The notes under the pieces: generated by a model
The model's database searches: none
What the model was told of the DNA's origin: nothing
Seen by the model: only the letters and a program-made list of their open reading frames with translations
Shown: piece after piece, positions 1-9,566 of the stretch
How the letters are laid out: each line of letters begins with the position of its first letter
Numbering within the stretch: the stretch's first letter is position 1
Assembly: GCA_964651815.1 (NCBI GenBank)
Contig: CAZYWG010000003.1
Coordinates: forward strand, 52,531 to 116,530
Length of the DNA stretch: 64,000 nt
Source of the DNA: an uncultured Gammaproteobacteria bacterium
GTDB lineage: Bacteria > Patescibacteriota > Microgenomatia > Levybacterales > GWA1-39-11
Direction of reading: 5' to 3'
Position numbers and translations under genes: made by a program

Positions 1-183
1 TCACCTATAGAAAACTTTACAACAAACGCTCAAGCAGATGAAGTCGAATCTTTTTTTAAAAAAAACACAGCGCCCGGAATAGAGCGCACCACGGCCCAGG
101 CACTTGAACAGATAAGATCTAATGCAGCGTGGCTTTCACGTGACTCTAAAAAAATAAGTGAATTCCTCAAAAATTATGCCTGA
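1..183 (+). CDS. 3' end of M1-family aminopeptidase (ERAP1-like C-terminal domain), partial
   Basis: Frame 1 is open from base 1 to TGA at 181-183: SPIENFTTNAQADEVESFFKKNTAPGIERTTAQALEQIRSNAAWLSRD..., resembling the 'V..FF...R...QALE.I..N..W' C-terminus of M1 peptidases. Not in the ORF track. Confidence 0.75.
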   Translation, partial: SPIENFTTNAQADEVESFFKKNTAPGIERTTAQALEQIRSNAAWLSRDSKKISEFLKNYA

Positions 184-223
184 ACTCTAGTAAGTTTGTG
201 CTAATTTTGGTACAATTCAAGGT

Positions 224-778
224 ATGGTTTCAGTAAATGAGTTAAGAAACGGCGCTACATTTGAAGAAGACGGAAACATTTATAAAGTTCTTAATTTTGA
301 ACATATAAAAATGGGCAGGGGGTCTGCAAACATTAAAGTTAAAGTCCAAAATTTGCGGTCAGGCTCTACAACCGAAAAAGGGTATACCAACGGCGCGGTT
401 GTTCAAGACATCAACCTCATCAAGAAAGATTATCAGTTTTTATATAAAGATGTAGAATCTGCTTATTTTATGGACCCTATAAGTTTTGACCAAAAAAACA
501 TTCCTGTCAAAAGTTTGTTTGGGACTGAATATTTAAAAGAGGGTGAGACTGTTTCTCTCCAATTTTATGGGGATGAGGCGCTTGATCTTATTCTTCCGCC
601 AAAAATAACTCTCAAAGTTGCAGATACCGCACCCGGGGTTCGCGGAAATTCAGCATCAAATATGTATAAAGACGCGACTCTTGAAAATGGTGTTACAACG
701 CGCGTCCCACTTTTTATAAATGTTGGGGACAGCATAATTGTAGACACAAGGGACGGAAGCTACACAAAACGCGCTTAA
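224..778 (+). CDS. efp: Elongation factor P
   Basis: HIKMGRGSA loop, PGVRGNSA, and KDATLENG..VPLFINVGD..VDTRDGSY motifs. Confidence 0.97.
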   Translation: MVSVNELRNGATFEEDGNIYKVLNFEHIKMGRGSANIKVKVQNLRSGSTTEKGYTNGAVVQDINLIKKDYQFLYKDVESAYFMDPISFDQKNIPVKSLFGTEYLKEGETVSLQFYGDEALDLILPPKITLKVADTAPGVRGNSASNMYKDATLENGVTTRVPLFINVGDSIIVDTRDGSYTKRA

Positions 779-790
779 GCATACGCTCGC

Positions 791-2110
791 ATGAAAAAAA
801 TTCTTGGTAAACTTACTTCCAATCATTTCGCGCAGCTATTTGCATATCCTCCTTATTTATATTTTTCTCTTTCTGTTTTTTCTTCTCAAGTTGCGTTTAA
901 CATGTTCAACGTAGTATTGATATTCTTAGTTTTTTACCTAACTTCTTCAAATTTTGCTGTAGCCATTCTTTTATTTGTGATACTTATACCCCAAATTTTA
1001 ATAAGTTTTATTGGTGGTGTAGTTGCCGACTATGCAAATAAAAAAGTAATTTTGGTTTTAGGCAATCTTTTGCGTGCTGGTGTTTTAATCTTATTGTTCC
1101 TTAATTTTAAGTCAATTTATCTGGTTTATTTTGTAACTCTTATTATTTCTATAATAACTCAATTTTACGTACCCGCAGAAGCTCCCTTAATTCCCTCCCT
1201 TGCCCCCCGTGATAAATTAGTTGCTGCCAACTCAATATTTGGTGTGAGCCTTTTCGGGTCCATTTTAATAGGATATGTAATTGCAGGACCTGCTATAGGG
1301 ATTTTGGGGCGTGCTAATATTTTTCTACTTCTTGCTGGTTTATTTTTGGTTGCTACTTTTTTTGCTGCAATCATTCCTCAAGAAAAAATTGCAGAAAACA
1401 TAGAGAAAATTGACCCTCAGCGTATAAGAAAATCACTAAAAACCGAATTTAGTGAAAGCTACCATTTACTTAAAAAAACAAAAGAAGTATCTGATTCATT
1501 TTTTCTTTTGATTTTTTCTCAAGTTGTAGTATTTATTTTGGCGACTCTTATTCCAGGATACGCAAAGAGTATACTTCAAGTCCCGGCGGAAGATTTGTCA
1601 ATTATTTTATTTGCCCCCGCCGCACTTGGAATGGTGATTGCAGCAATTCTGATTGGAAGCATTTTTCTTAAAACTTCCAAAAAAAAGTTGACTAGTACAG
1701 GCGTTTTTATATCCGGTTTAGCTCTAATTCTACTTCCTTTCACGTCACGAATATTGTCAGGTAGCATTGCACATTTATTAAATCTTGTACTACCCAAGGC
1801 AATTGAATTAAACGCATTTAATTTTGTTATCTTAATAGCTTTTTTGGCGGGTGCAGCAAACGCATTAATTTTTGTTCCGAGCCAAGCAACAATTCAAGAA
1901 GTGGTTCCTGAGAATTTTAGGTCAAAAATTTACGGTTTACTTTTTGCACTCATTGGAGTTTTTTCGCTTATTCCAATAATGATTGCCGGTGGGGTAGCGG
2001 ATATTATCGGAGTTGGCGCCGTGTTGTTTTTTATTGGTGTTTTGATCGTTCTTGTAGGATTGGCCAGAGAAAACGTTATAAAAAATTTAATGTTTGTAAT
2101 TAAAAAATGA
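791..2110 (+). CDS. MFS transporter
   Basis: About 12 hydrophobic segments; GGVVADYANKK MFS motif A variant; PENFRSKIYG loop. Confidence 0.9.
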   Translation: MKKILGKLTSNHFAQLFAYPPYLYFSLSVFSSQVAFNMFNVVLIFLVFYLTSSNFAVAILLFVILIPQILISFIGGVVADYANKKVILVLGNLLRAGVLILLFLNFKSIYLVYFVTLIISIITQFYVPAEAPLIPSLAPRDKLVAANSIFGVSLFGSILIGYVIAGPAIGILGRANIFLLLAGLFLVATFFAAIIPQEKIAENIEKIDPQRIRKSLKTEFSESYHLLKKTKEVSDSFFLLIFSQVVVFILATLIPGYAKSILQVPAEDLSIILFAPAALGMVIAAILIGSIFLKTSKKKLTSTGVFISGLALILLPFTSRILSGSIAHLLNLVLPKAIELNAFNFVILIAFLAGAANALIFVPSQATIQEVVPENFRSKIYGLLFALIGVFSLIPIMIAGGVADIIGVGAVLFFIGVLIVLVGLARENVIKNLMFVIKK

Positions 2111-2763
2111 TAATAGAATTTGTTTTGTTAATACCCGTGCTTTTTTTATGTTTTTTTCTTTTATTTATTTTTTCAAAACACGATTTTGTATTGCTTCGCC
2201 AAAACATATCTTTATCAGAAGTGTTTGATCTTGCAGTAATATCTCTTTTAATAGCGCTTATCACAGGCCGAGTTTTTTATATAATTAACAATTTTAATTT
2301 TCAACTTTTTTACATTCTTTCTTTTTTCCATCTCTTCAAATTTCCGGGGGTTTCGTACATTGGTTTTTTTACTGGTGGAGCAGTGGGAATATATTTATTG
2401 TTTCGCAAAAAAAAAGGTCTAACTCGTATTTTTGACATATTCTCACTTTCTTTTTTCCCTCTTTTTGTGTTTTTCTTATCTACCCAGCTTTTTTTATTAC
2501 ATATATGGTATATCTTGTTAATCGCGATTTTTCTATTATTTTTGTTATTAACTTTTTTTATGAAGTCACATAGAAAATACATCTTGAAAGACGGAGGAAT
2601 TTCACTTATTTTTTTCATTCTAATATGTCTTACTACTTTTATGCTTCAATTCGTTCTAAAAACAGGGCATGTTATGCTTCTAAATTTTTCCTTCGTACAA
2701 CTCATTAGTATTCCACTCATACTATTTTCATGTGGCGCTTTATACTCAAATCAAAAAAAATAA
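2107..2763 (+). CDS. Divergent Lgt-like (prolipoprotein diacylglyceryl transferase family) membrane protein
   Basis: LITGRVFYII, PGVSYIGFFTGG and RIFDIFS match Lgt N-half motifs; the C-terminal catalytic motifs are not recognisable. Confidence 0.55.
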   Translation: MIIEFVLLIPVLFLCFFLLFIFSKHDFVLLRQNISLSEVFDLAVISLLIALITGRVFYIINNFNFQLFYILSFFHLFKFPGVSYIGFFTGGAVGIYLLFRKKKGLTRIFDIFSLSFFPLFVFFLSTQLFLLHIWYILLIAIFLLFLLLTFFMKSHRKYILKDGGISLIFFILICLTTFMLQFVLKTGHVMLLNFSFVQLISIPLILFSCGALYSNQKK

Positions 2764-2769
2764 AAATTA

Positions 2770-3507
2770 ATGCAAACACCTCAAATTCTTTTTGAAGACC
2801 AAGATTTACTCTTAATAGACAAGCCGGCCGGAATGATTGTAAATAAAGCCGATACAACACGAAACATGCTTACTGTACAAGAGTGGGCAGAGAAATTTTT
2901 AAACATCAAAATAGGAAAGATAATAAATGAAATGTCTGAATTTGAGAAAAGAGGTGGAGTAGTGCATAGATTAGATAAGGAAACATCCGGCGTTTTAGTT
3001 TTAGCAAAAAATGAGAGCGCATTTGTTAATCTTCAAGCACAATTCAAAGGAAGGAATGTTAAAAAAACGTATATAGCACTTTGTCATGGGAAAATTGTTC
3101 CGGAAGAGGGTCAGATAAATGTCCCCATAGGTAGGCTTCCGTGGAATAGGACAAGATTTGGATTTTTAACAGAGGGGAGAGAAGCAAGTACTCACTACAA
3201 AGTTGTAAGCGTAAAAAAGCTGGAATTAGACAAGAAAAGCGAGTTGTTAAGCCTTGTTGAAGTTTACCCGCAAACAGGAAGAACACACCAAATAAGGGTC
3301 CATATGAGGTATATTGGCCATCCTATCTTTGCCGATGAACTTTACGCTGGACGCAAAAATGCAAAGCGTGACAGGAAGCTTCTTCCTCGCCATTTCCTAC
3401 ATGCAATAAAAATCACATTCACACACCCGTCAAGTGGAGAAGTTTTGACATTTGAATCTCTTCTTCCTCCTGATCTTTCGGATTTTCTCGCAACCCTTCT
3501 AGACTAA
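2770..3507 (+). CDS. RluA-family pseudouridine synthase
   Basis: IDKPAGM, VHRLDKETSG, TGRTHQIRVH motifs; no S4 domain. Confidence 0.95.
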   Translation: MQTPQILFEDQDLLLIDKPAGMIVNKADTTRNMLTVQEWAEKFLNIKIGKIINEMSEFEKRGGVVHRLDKETSGVLVLAKNESAFVNLQAQFKGRNVKKTYIALCHGKIVPEEGQINVPIGRLPWNRTRFGFLTEGREASTHYKVVSVKKLELDKKSELLSLVEVYPQTGRTHQIRVHMRYIGHPIFADELYAGRKNAKRDRKLLPRHFLHAIKITFTHPSSGEVLTFESLLPPDLSDFLATLLD

Positions 3508-3552
3508 TAAAATTTCTTGCTTTTGCCAACGCTTATAGGCTAAACTCTATAT

Positions 3553-5259
3553 ATGCCTAATGCTTTTCTATCAGAGATAATTCTTATCATTACGGCTGCC
3601 TTTTTAGGAGGATTTGTTGCGAGGACTATTAAGCTTCCACCTGTTGTTGGTTACATTGTTTCCGGGGTCATATTTGGGATTGTTGGCCACAATTTTTTTG
3701 CGTCGTATGACACTTTAGTTACTCTTTCACAATTTGGTGTTTCTCTTCTTTTATTCACTTTAGGTTTTGAAATAAACATTGAAGATATTAAAAAAATCAA
3801 TAAGAAAATAATCTTAGTTGGAGTTCTTCAGGTTTTACTCACTTCAATTGCCATATTCCCGCTTCTGTATTTATTTGGAATCGAGTTAAAAACTTCAATA
3901 CTTTTTTCTGTATTATTTTCTTTTTCTTCAACTGCTGTAATAGTTAAGATTCTTGAAGAGCGTGGTATGTTAAATGATTTTCCTGGGAATAATGTATTCA
4001 TATTCCTTTTAATTCAAGATTTATTTATTGTCCCAATAATTTTTTTACTACCAATTTTATTTTCAAAAACACCTCTTAGTTTACCCCTCGTCATAAATTT
4101 TCTAGTAGCTGCTATAAAACCGCTTTTAATATTTGTAGCAATATTTATAGCCGCCCGTTTTTTTCTCTCTCGCACAATAAATTTCCTTTTTCGATATCCA
4201 TCCCATGAACTTTCTATCCTTGCATCAATATTTACGGCAAGCGTTTCAATAATGCTTTTATCCTCTGTTGGATTACCAGGCTCAATAGCAGCTTTTCTTG
4301 CCGGCGTTTTAATTTCTGATCAGGGAAAAAATCTAACACCGCTTACAGAAATCAGGCCGTTTAGAGATCTTTTTCTGGTTCTGTTCTTTGTAGTTACAGG
4401 AATGCTTTTAAACTTTAATTTTTTCATAAACAATATAGTTTTGATTTTAGTCATATCCGGTTTAGTTATAATGATTAAATTCTTTATAGTATACGTTCTG
4501 CTTAGATTTTCGAAATATTCTCCTTCGTCTTCAGTATTTGTTTCGTCTTATCTTTCAAATGTTGGGGAGTTTGCTGTAGTTCTCACACAAATTGCGTATA
4601 TAGCATTTTTTATCTCACAAAAAGATTACAACCTTGCGCTTTCCGTATTTATTCTGAGTCTAATCCTCATTCCGGTTTTGACTACACACGCAAGGACTCT
4701 TACTGAAAAACTTGCAAGAATTGGATTGCTGGGTAAGTTATTGGAAGAAAAAAAAGAATCCGATAAAATGCCACTTCAAGCTCTGAAATTTGAAAAACAT
4801 GTCGTTATTTGTGGACACGGTAGAGTAGGCCGCGAAACTCGTAGCATGCTCGAGTTAGCAGGTATTCCTTATGTGGTAATTGATTTTAATAGAAAAGTAA
4901 TAAATGAGCTTCTTACTGCTTCAAAATATGCAATTTATGGAGATCCAACAGATCAAGAAATTTTAAAAGCGGCTTTTATTGAGTCTGCACGGGCACTAGT
5001 TATTGCAGTTCCAGACACGTTCTCGCAAAAAAGAATAATAGATTTCGCCTTGAAATTAAACCCCAAGATTAGCATTTTATGCCGTTCCCATATTGAGGCA
5101 GACCGTTACGACTTAATAAATATGGGAGTAAATGCAATAATTATGCCCGAGTTAGAAGCAGGTTTAAGAATAGGGGCTGAGGTTTTAGACATTTTTGACA
5201 TAGAGGAGAATGACATAAGTTCATACACTAAACGTCTGAGACGGCAACACCTCATTTAA
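3553..5259 (+). CDS. CPA2/Kef-type cation:proton antiporter with TrkA-N (RCK) domain
   Basis: FSSTAVIVKIL, LLIQDL, PFRDLFLVLFFV, NVGEFAVV, then VVICGHGRVG Rossmann motif. Confidence 0.93.
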   Translation: MPNAFLSEIILIITAAFLGGFVARTIKLPPVVGYIVSGVIFGIVGHNFFASYDTLVTLSQFGVSLLLFTLGFEINIEDIKKINKKIILVGVLQVLLTSIAIFPLLYLFGIELKTSILFSVLFSFSSTAVIVKILEERGMLNDFPGNNVFIFLLIQDLFIVPIIFLLPILFSKTPLSLPLVINFLVAAIKPLLIFVAIFIAARFFLSRTINFLFRYPSHELSILASIFTASVSIMLLSSVGLPGSIAAFLAGVLISDQGKNLTPLTEIRPFRDLFLVLFFVVTGMLLNFNFFINNIVLILVISGLVIMIKFFIVYVLLRFSKYSPSSSVFVSSYLSNVGEFAVVLTQIAYIAFFISQKDYNLALSVFILSLILIPVLTTHARTLTEKLARIGLLGKLLEEKKESDKMPLQALKFEKHVVICGHGRVGRETRSMLELAGIPYVVIDFNRKVINELLTASKYAIYGDPTDQEILKAAFIESARALVIAVPDTFSQKRIIDFALKLNPKISILCRSHIEADRYDLINMGVNAIIMPELEAGLRIGAEVLDIFDIEENDISSYTKRLRRQHLI

Positions 5260-5268
5260 AGTTAAAAA

Positions 5269-6093
5269 ATGGAACGTCCAGAGCAAACACTCAACTATAT
5301 AAAATTTTTTTTATTAGTTATTTTTTTTGCAGCAATGGTTTCGATAGCCTATAAAATAACTATGTCTTTTAAAAACAGCACTTTTAAATATGGATCGTTT
5401 AATTTATTAGTTCTTACTCATGACGCTTATCTCGTGCATATTGATGAGCTTCAAAAAAAAATGTCGGTGTTTAAAATCAATAATGGGGTAGGGTATTTAA
5501 TAAACAAGAGTCGTCTTTATGAAACTCTAAAAATCGGTATCCCAGTAGACGGCCAAGTATTTGTCAAAAATAATTCAACTTTCAGTGTTGAAAGAAATTT
5601 TTTGAACGAGCAAGAATTATTGTCATTACTTCTAATGCCCGCAAATTACAAAAATGATCATTTGGATAACGTAGATATTCTAAAAATCTACCTGTTAACA
5701 AAGCAAATTTCTCCCGCCGATAGAAATGTTAATATAGTGCCTAATCTTACAGATAGACCCGTAATACAACAGAACACTACTTCAAACATTTCCGATCCTC
5801 AAATATTCAACGATAACCAGAGTGTGCAAATAATTAACGCAACGGGTGCTGATGGGGTAGGTGGGGCGTTGGCAACGGCCCTTAAAAATCTTGGATACAA
5901 TGTTGTTTCTGTTGGCACAGGGGATAGCAAAAAATCAGCCATTTTGTCAGATAACCCAACGTCTGAGTCAGTCGTGCGTTTAAAAGATTATTTAGATTTT
6001 CCAATTTTTTTAAAATCCTCAAATTCAGTTGCCGATATAACAATAGTTTTGGGTAGTGATCTTGAAAAACAGTTGGAAGATTTTAATCAGTAA
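5269..6093 (+). CDS. Membrane-anchored LytR C-terminal domain protein
   Basis: N-terminal TM helix; C-terminal VQIINATGADGVGG..L..LGYNVVSVG...DITIVLGSD. Confidence 0.8.
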   Translation: MERPEQTLNYIKFFLLVIFFAAMVSIAYKITMSFKNSTFKYGSFNLLVLTHDAYLVHIDELQKKMSVFKINNGVGYLINKSRLYETLKIGIPVDGQVFVKNNSTFSVERNFLNEQELLSLLLMPANYKNDHLDNVDILKIYLLTKQISPADRNVNIVPNLTDRPVIQQNTTSNISDPQIFNDNQSVQIINATGADGVGGALATALKNLGYNVVSVGTGDSKKSAILSDNPTSESVVRLKDYLDFPIFLKSSNSVADITIVLGSDLEKQLEDFNQ

Positions 6094-6126
6094 TTATAAA
6101 CTCGGATTTTTGTGTTAAGATAAATC

Positions 6127-6270
6127 ATGATTTGGTTTTACGTTGTGGGAATATTCATTATATCTTTTCTTTGGGCGCTCGTTTCAACAAGGAGAGAATT
6201 TACGCACCCAAAAGCAATAAAGACAGCCAAGAAATTGTTGGCACGGGAGAAAATACTCTTCAAAAAATAA
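6127..6270 (+). CDS. Small single-pass membrane protein (47 aa)
   Basis: MIWFYVVGIFIISFLWALVSTRREFTHPKAIKTAKKLLAREKILFKK*. Fills the gap, abuts the stop of the opposite gene, and has a TAAGAT -10-like hexamer just upstream. Below the ORF track cutoff. Confidence 0.65.
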   Translation: MIWFYVVGIFIISFLWALVSTRREFTHPKAIKTAKKLLAREKILFKK

Positions 6271-6930
6271 TTACTTCTCGCCTGTTGCAGAACCCATTGT
6301 GGGGGATTGTACAAATGATTGTTGGTTTTTAAATTTCGCCATTTTCTTGGTCTCCTTAACAAAAACTGTAACAGAGTTATCTCCGACTGCTTTAATGCAA
6401 GCTGAATATTCGTTACCACCATTAATAAATGTTATCATTCGCATACCAATATTATCAGGGAGAACACCAATATATGTTTTATCATTCATTTGTACAAACA
6501 CTTTAGATCTTTTCACTGAAAGCATCATATTATCTCCGGGTTGAATAATTGAAAGAGTTTTACGGTCGGCAACATTTTTTAGTTCAATTGTTTTTGTTTT
6601 GCCGGCTTCTTCTATGAATACGTCTTGCAGGTTCATATTTTGGGTAGAGGAGGGTATGTTTATTCCTTTTTTTGAGATATTTTCAAGCCTTTTACTGTTT
6701 TTTAAAGCGATAGGATTAGTTTTGTCGAGTTTTATTACTTGTTGATAAAATTCGCGAGCTTTTCTAAACTTTCCGAGCTTAATCAAGGCATATGCGATTC
6801 TATTCAAAGAGTCAATGTCTTCTGGGTTTTCCAGTAGAAGTCGCCTGTTTTCTTCATATGCTTCTTTCCATTTGTTTTCGAGCGCGAGCTTTACGGCCAA
6901 GTCTTTTGATGGGGGAGTGAGGTTGATCAT
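6271..6930 (-). CDS. TPR-repeat protein
   Basis: TPR helices (PEDIDSLNRIAYALIKLGKFRKAREFYQQVIKLDKTNPIA) followed by FIEEAGKTK and a beta-rich C-terminal domain. Confidence 0.85.
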   Translation of the reverse strand: MINLTPPSKDLAVKLALENKWKEAYEENRRLLLENPEDIDSLNRIAYALIKLGKFRKAREFYQQVIKLDKTNPIALKNSKRLENISKKGINIPSSTQNMNLQDVFIEEAGKTKTIELKNVADRKTLSIIQPGDNMMLSVKRSKVFVQMNDKTYIGVLPDNIGMRMITFINGGNEYSACIKAVGDNSVTVFVKETKKMAKFKNQQSFVQSPTMGSATGEK

Positions 6931-7007
6931 TTTTAATTGAGCCTTGAGCCATCATGATATCCAAATTTATTGAAAATGTCAATACAGATTCGGTATAATA
7001 TAGCGTT

Positions 7008-7736
7008 ATGTCAGGACATAGTAAATGGGCGACGATAAAAAGGCAAAAAGGAGCAAATGATGCAAAACGCGGCCAGCTATTCACCAAACTTTCAAATGCC
7101 ATAACTATAGCCGTGCGTCAGGGTGGCGGGACTGCGGATCCGGAATTCAATTTTAAACTGAGACTTGCTATTGATCGCGCGCGAGCTTCAAATGTTCCAA
7201 AAGACAATATTGACCGGGCAATTCGTAAAGCGTCTGGAGAAGGTAGTGTGGATGTTGCTGAACTTCTTTATGAAGGTTTTGCTCCCGGAGGCGTTGCTGT
7301 AATTATTGAAACTGTAACCGACAACAAGCAGCGTACTTTTTCTACTGTAAAAAATGTTTTTGAGAAAAACGGTGGTTCATTAGGTTCTCAAGGGGCTGTC
7401 GCATATATGTTTGTAAGGAGAGGTGAAATAGTTGCCGAGAAAAATGGGATAAGTTCTGATGAGTTACTTGCAAAGGGTATTGAAGCAAATGTCACCGACA
7501 TGGAAGAGGAGGGTAATTCTGTTTATTACTTTGCGGATCCGCAAGATCTTCAAATTACAAAAAAAGGTCTTGAGGAGCAGGGGCTTAAAATTGAAAGTAC
7601 CAGATTAATATATGCACCTCTAAATTACGTAACTGCTGATAAGTCTGTACAAGATAAAATTATAAATCTTGTCGAAAAATTAGAAGAACTTGACGATGTA
7701 CAAGAAGTTTATACAAACTTGACGCTCGATTCTTAA
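7008..7736 (+). CDS. yebC: YebC/PmpR family protein
   Basis: MSGHSKWATIKRQKG, YEGFAPGG, TDNKQRT, LEELDDVQEVYTN. Confidence 0.97.
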   Translation: MSGHSKWATIKRQKGANDAKRGQLFTKLSNAITIAVRQGGGTADPEFNFKLRLAIDRARASNVPKDNIDRAIRKASGEGSVDVAELLYEGFAPGGVAVIIETVTDNKQRTFSTVKNVFEKNGGSLGSQGAVAYMFVRRGEIVAEKNGISSDELLAKGIEANVTDMEEEGNSVYYFADPQDLQITKKGLEEQGLKIESTRLIYAPLNYVTADKSVQDKIINLVEKLEELDDVQEVYTNLTLDS

Positions 7737-8533
7737 TGAAAAAAATTTTCAAACTTTTCTCTCTCTCCAAAAGACAGAAATTTGTTACTGCTGTATTGAT
7801 TTTATCTTTTGGAATCTTTGTCTCTGAATTTTCAACGGGGTTGTATCTCGTTGCTTATGCAGTAGTACTGAGCCTGCTTACTATAGTTTTTCTTTATTTT
7901 GCGCTGCGTGAAGATATTTCCGATACTTTTTTTTATCCTATATTCATACTTCCTTCATTGTTTACTTTATCTTTCATTTTGTTTTATCCGCTTGTACCTG
8001 CACGTTTCCTAACAAGGATTTTTATAACTTCAGTTTACGCGTTTGGCTTATATTCATTATTTTTGACACAAAACATATTCGCCGTTTCAGCAATCAGGAC
8101 GATTAACTTAATGCGCTCAGCTAGAATTGTTTCGTTTGTGTTAACAATTATTGTTCTATTTTTGCTTTCTAATGTAGTTTTTTCAATAAGACTGCCTTTC
8201 TATGTCTCGTTTTTAATTGTATTTTTGGTAACTTTCTTTTTGAGTTTCCAATCTTTGTGGTCTTACAATACAAGTAAAGTAGCAGCATCACATATCTCAG
8301 GACTTTCGCTCCTTATATCTCTTGCCTTGGCAGAACTTTCACTTGCGCTTGCCATGTGGCCAATTAATGCGTCAATATATGCAATATTTATCACAGGAAT
8401 TTTCTATTCATACTCAGGACTTTGCCACGCGTGGGCAGAGAAGAGGCTATTTAAAGGAGTCCTTTGGGAGTACCTTTGGGTTGGCTTCTTAGCCATTTTA
8501 ATACTCATTTTCTTTTCTCGCTGGGGAATTTAA
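7736..8533 (+). CDS. Conserved multi-pass membrane protein, function unknown
   Basis: About 9 hydrophobic helices; start overlaps the yebC stop (TAATG). Confidence 0.8.
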   Translation: MKKIFKLFSLSKRQKFVTAVLILSFGIFVSEFSTGLYLVAYAVVLSLLTIVFLYFALREDISDTFFYPIFILPSLFTLSFILFYPLVPARFLTRIFITSVYAFGLYSLFLTQNIFAVSAIRTINLMRSARIVSFVLTIIVLFLLSNVVFSIRLPFYVSFLIVFLVTFFLSFQSLWSYNTSKVAASHISGLSLLISLALAELSLALAMWPINASIYAIFITGIFYSYSGLCHAWAEKRLFKGVLWEYLWVGFLAILILIFFSRWGI

Positions 8534-8621
8534 GATTATTTATAACTTATAATTTATTGTTTATTATTTAAAGAACTTTAACAAGGGGCAGGGGAGTGAG
8601 GCGAAAATTTCAGTTTAGCAA

Positions 8622-8989
8622 GAAATATCAATCTAAATTGATGATAAGGTTTGATATAGTTAGTATCCTATAATAATTATTTTTGTGGATAAGTTTTGTT
8701 TTGTCCAACTTTAAGAAGCGAAGTTATTAGCGTTTCACAGGCCTCAATTTAGCCTCGATATTCTTCACTCAAATTGACGTGACTTTTCACGCTTCTCATG
8801 CTCCTTGGAGCTCTCTGCCCGAGTAGTTGAATAAAACCTCGTGCGTAAATCGTGCGTAATTAGCCTCAAAAAGTAGGACAAATGAAAAAAATACGAAACC
8901 CTCTTGGCTTATTAAGCCTCTACTGAAGAATAATAATCCTAAATTTACTTAATTTTAGCCTCAAAAATGCATATTTAGATTGATATTTC
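8622..8989. repeat. Perfect 17-bp inverted repeat pair GAAATATCAATCTAAAT (8622-8638) / ATTTAGATTGATATTTC (8973-8989)
   Basis: Read directly from the sequence. Confidence 0.9.
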
Positions 8990-9241
8990 AACCTAAATTA
9001 ACATATTCTTACAATTACCGGTCGAGCAAAGGCAGTGCCAAAGGACTTCCTTTAAGGCTTATCTCCAGAGGATGGGCTTATGACGACTAACAATTAGATT
9101 TAGCAATATTAATTATGTAATTTAAAAAAAATTGAAGAGCTTATCTACTTATTGGGATACTTCTATTCTCGGTGTGTTTGGGGTTTTTATTTGTGGGGCA
9201 AAAAACAGGTGCAAATAAGAGGCAGGGAATGGGTATGACTT

Positions 9242-9269
9242 ATGTCGTACAATAATACTTTTACGACAT
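9242..9269. other. Candidate dif (Xer recombination) site
   Basis: ATGTCGTACAA-TAATAC-TTTTACGACAT: 11-6-11 geometry, 10/11 inverted match, located where gene orientation converges and ~1.8 kb from a xer gene. Confidence 0.7.
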
Positions 9270-9566
9270 GGACGAGTGACTTGAGAGTGTGCCTGGCTAG
9301 CCTTAAATACTCTTAATATATCTAATTTATTGTTATAATTATTACATTCTCTTATTCTATAAAACACTTGGTTTTCCCTACTGACTACCTTTAAGCTTTT
9401 TATTTGCACTACCCTACTATAGGACTATATAAATTTTTAAATTTGAAATTTTTAATTTTTTAAAAAGGTTGCACAAATTCGTACACATCGTTTAAAACAA
9501 AGAAGAGATGACTAAGTGATGGTTCTTTATATCCAAGTGGCTTAGAATCTCATCCTGAGAGGTCTT

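Noticed and set aside
8684-8692. oriC, suggested by a perfect DnaA box in a long AT-rich intergenic region
   Set aside because: Only one box seen, flanking genes converge rather than diverge, there is no dnaA/dnaN, and the dif-like site plus xer favour a terminus.
9149-9409. 86-aa ORF in the intergenic region
   Set aside because: No recognisable motifs, and it overlaps the dif-like site; likely spurious.
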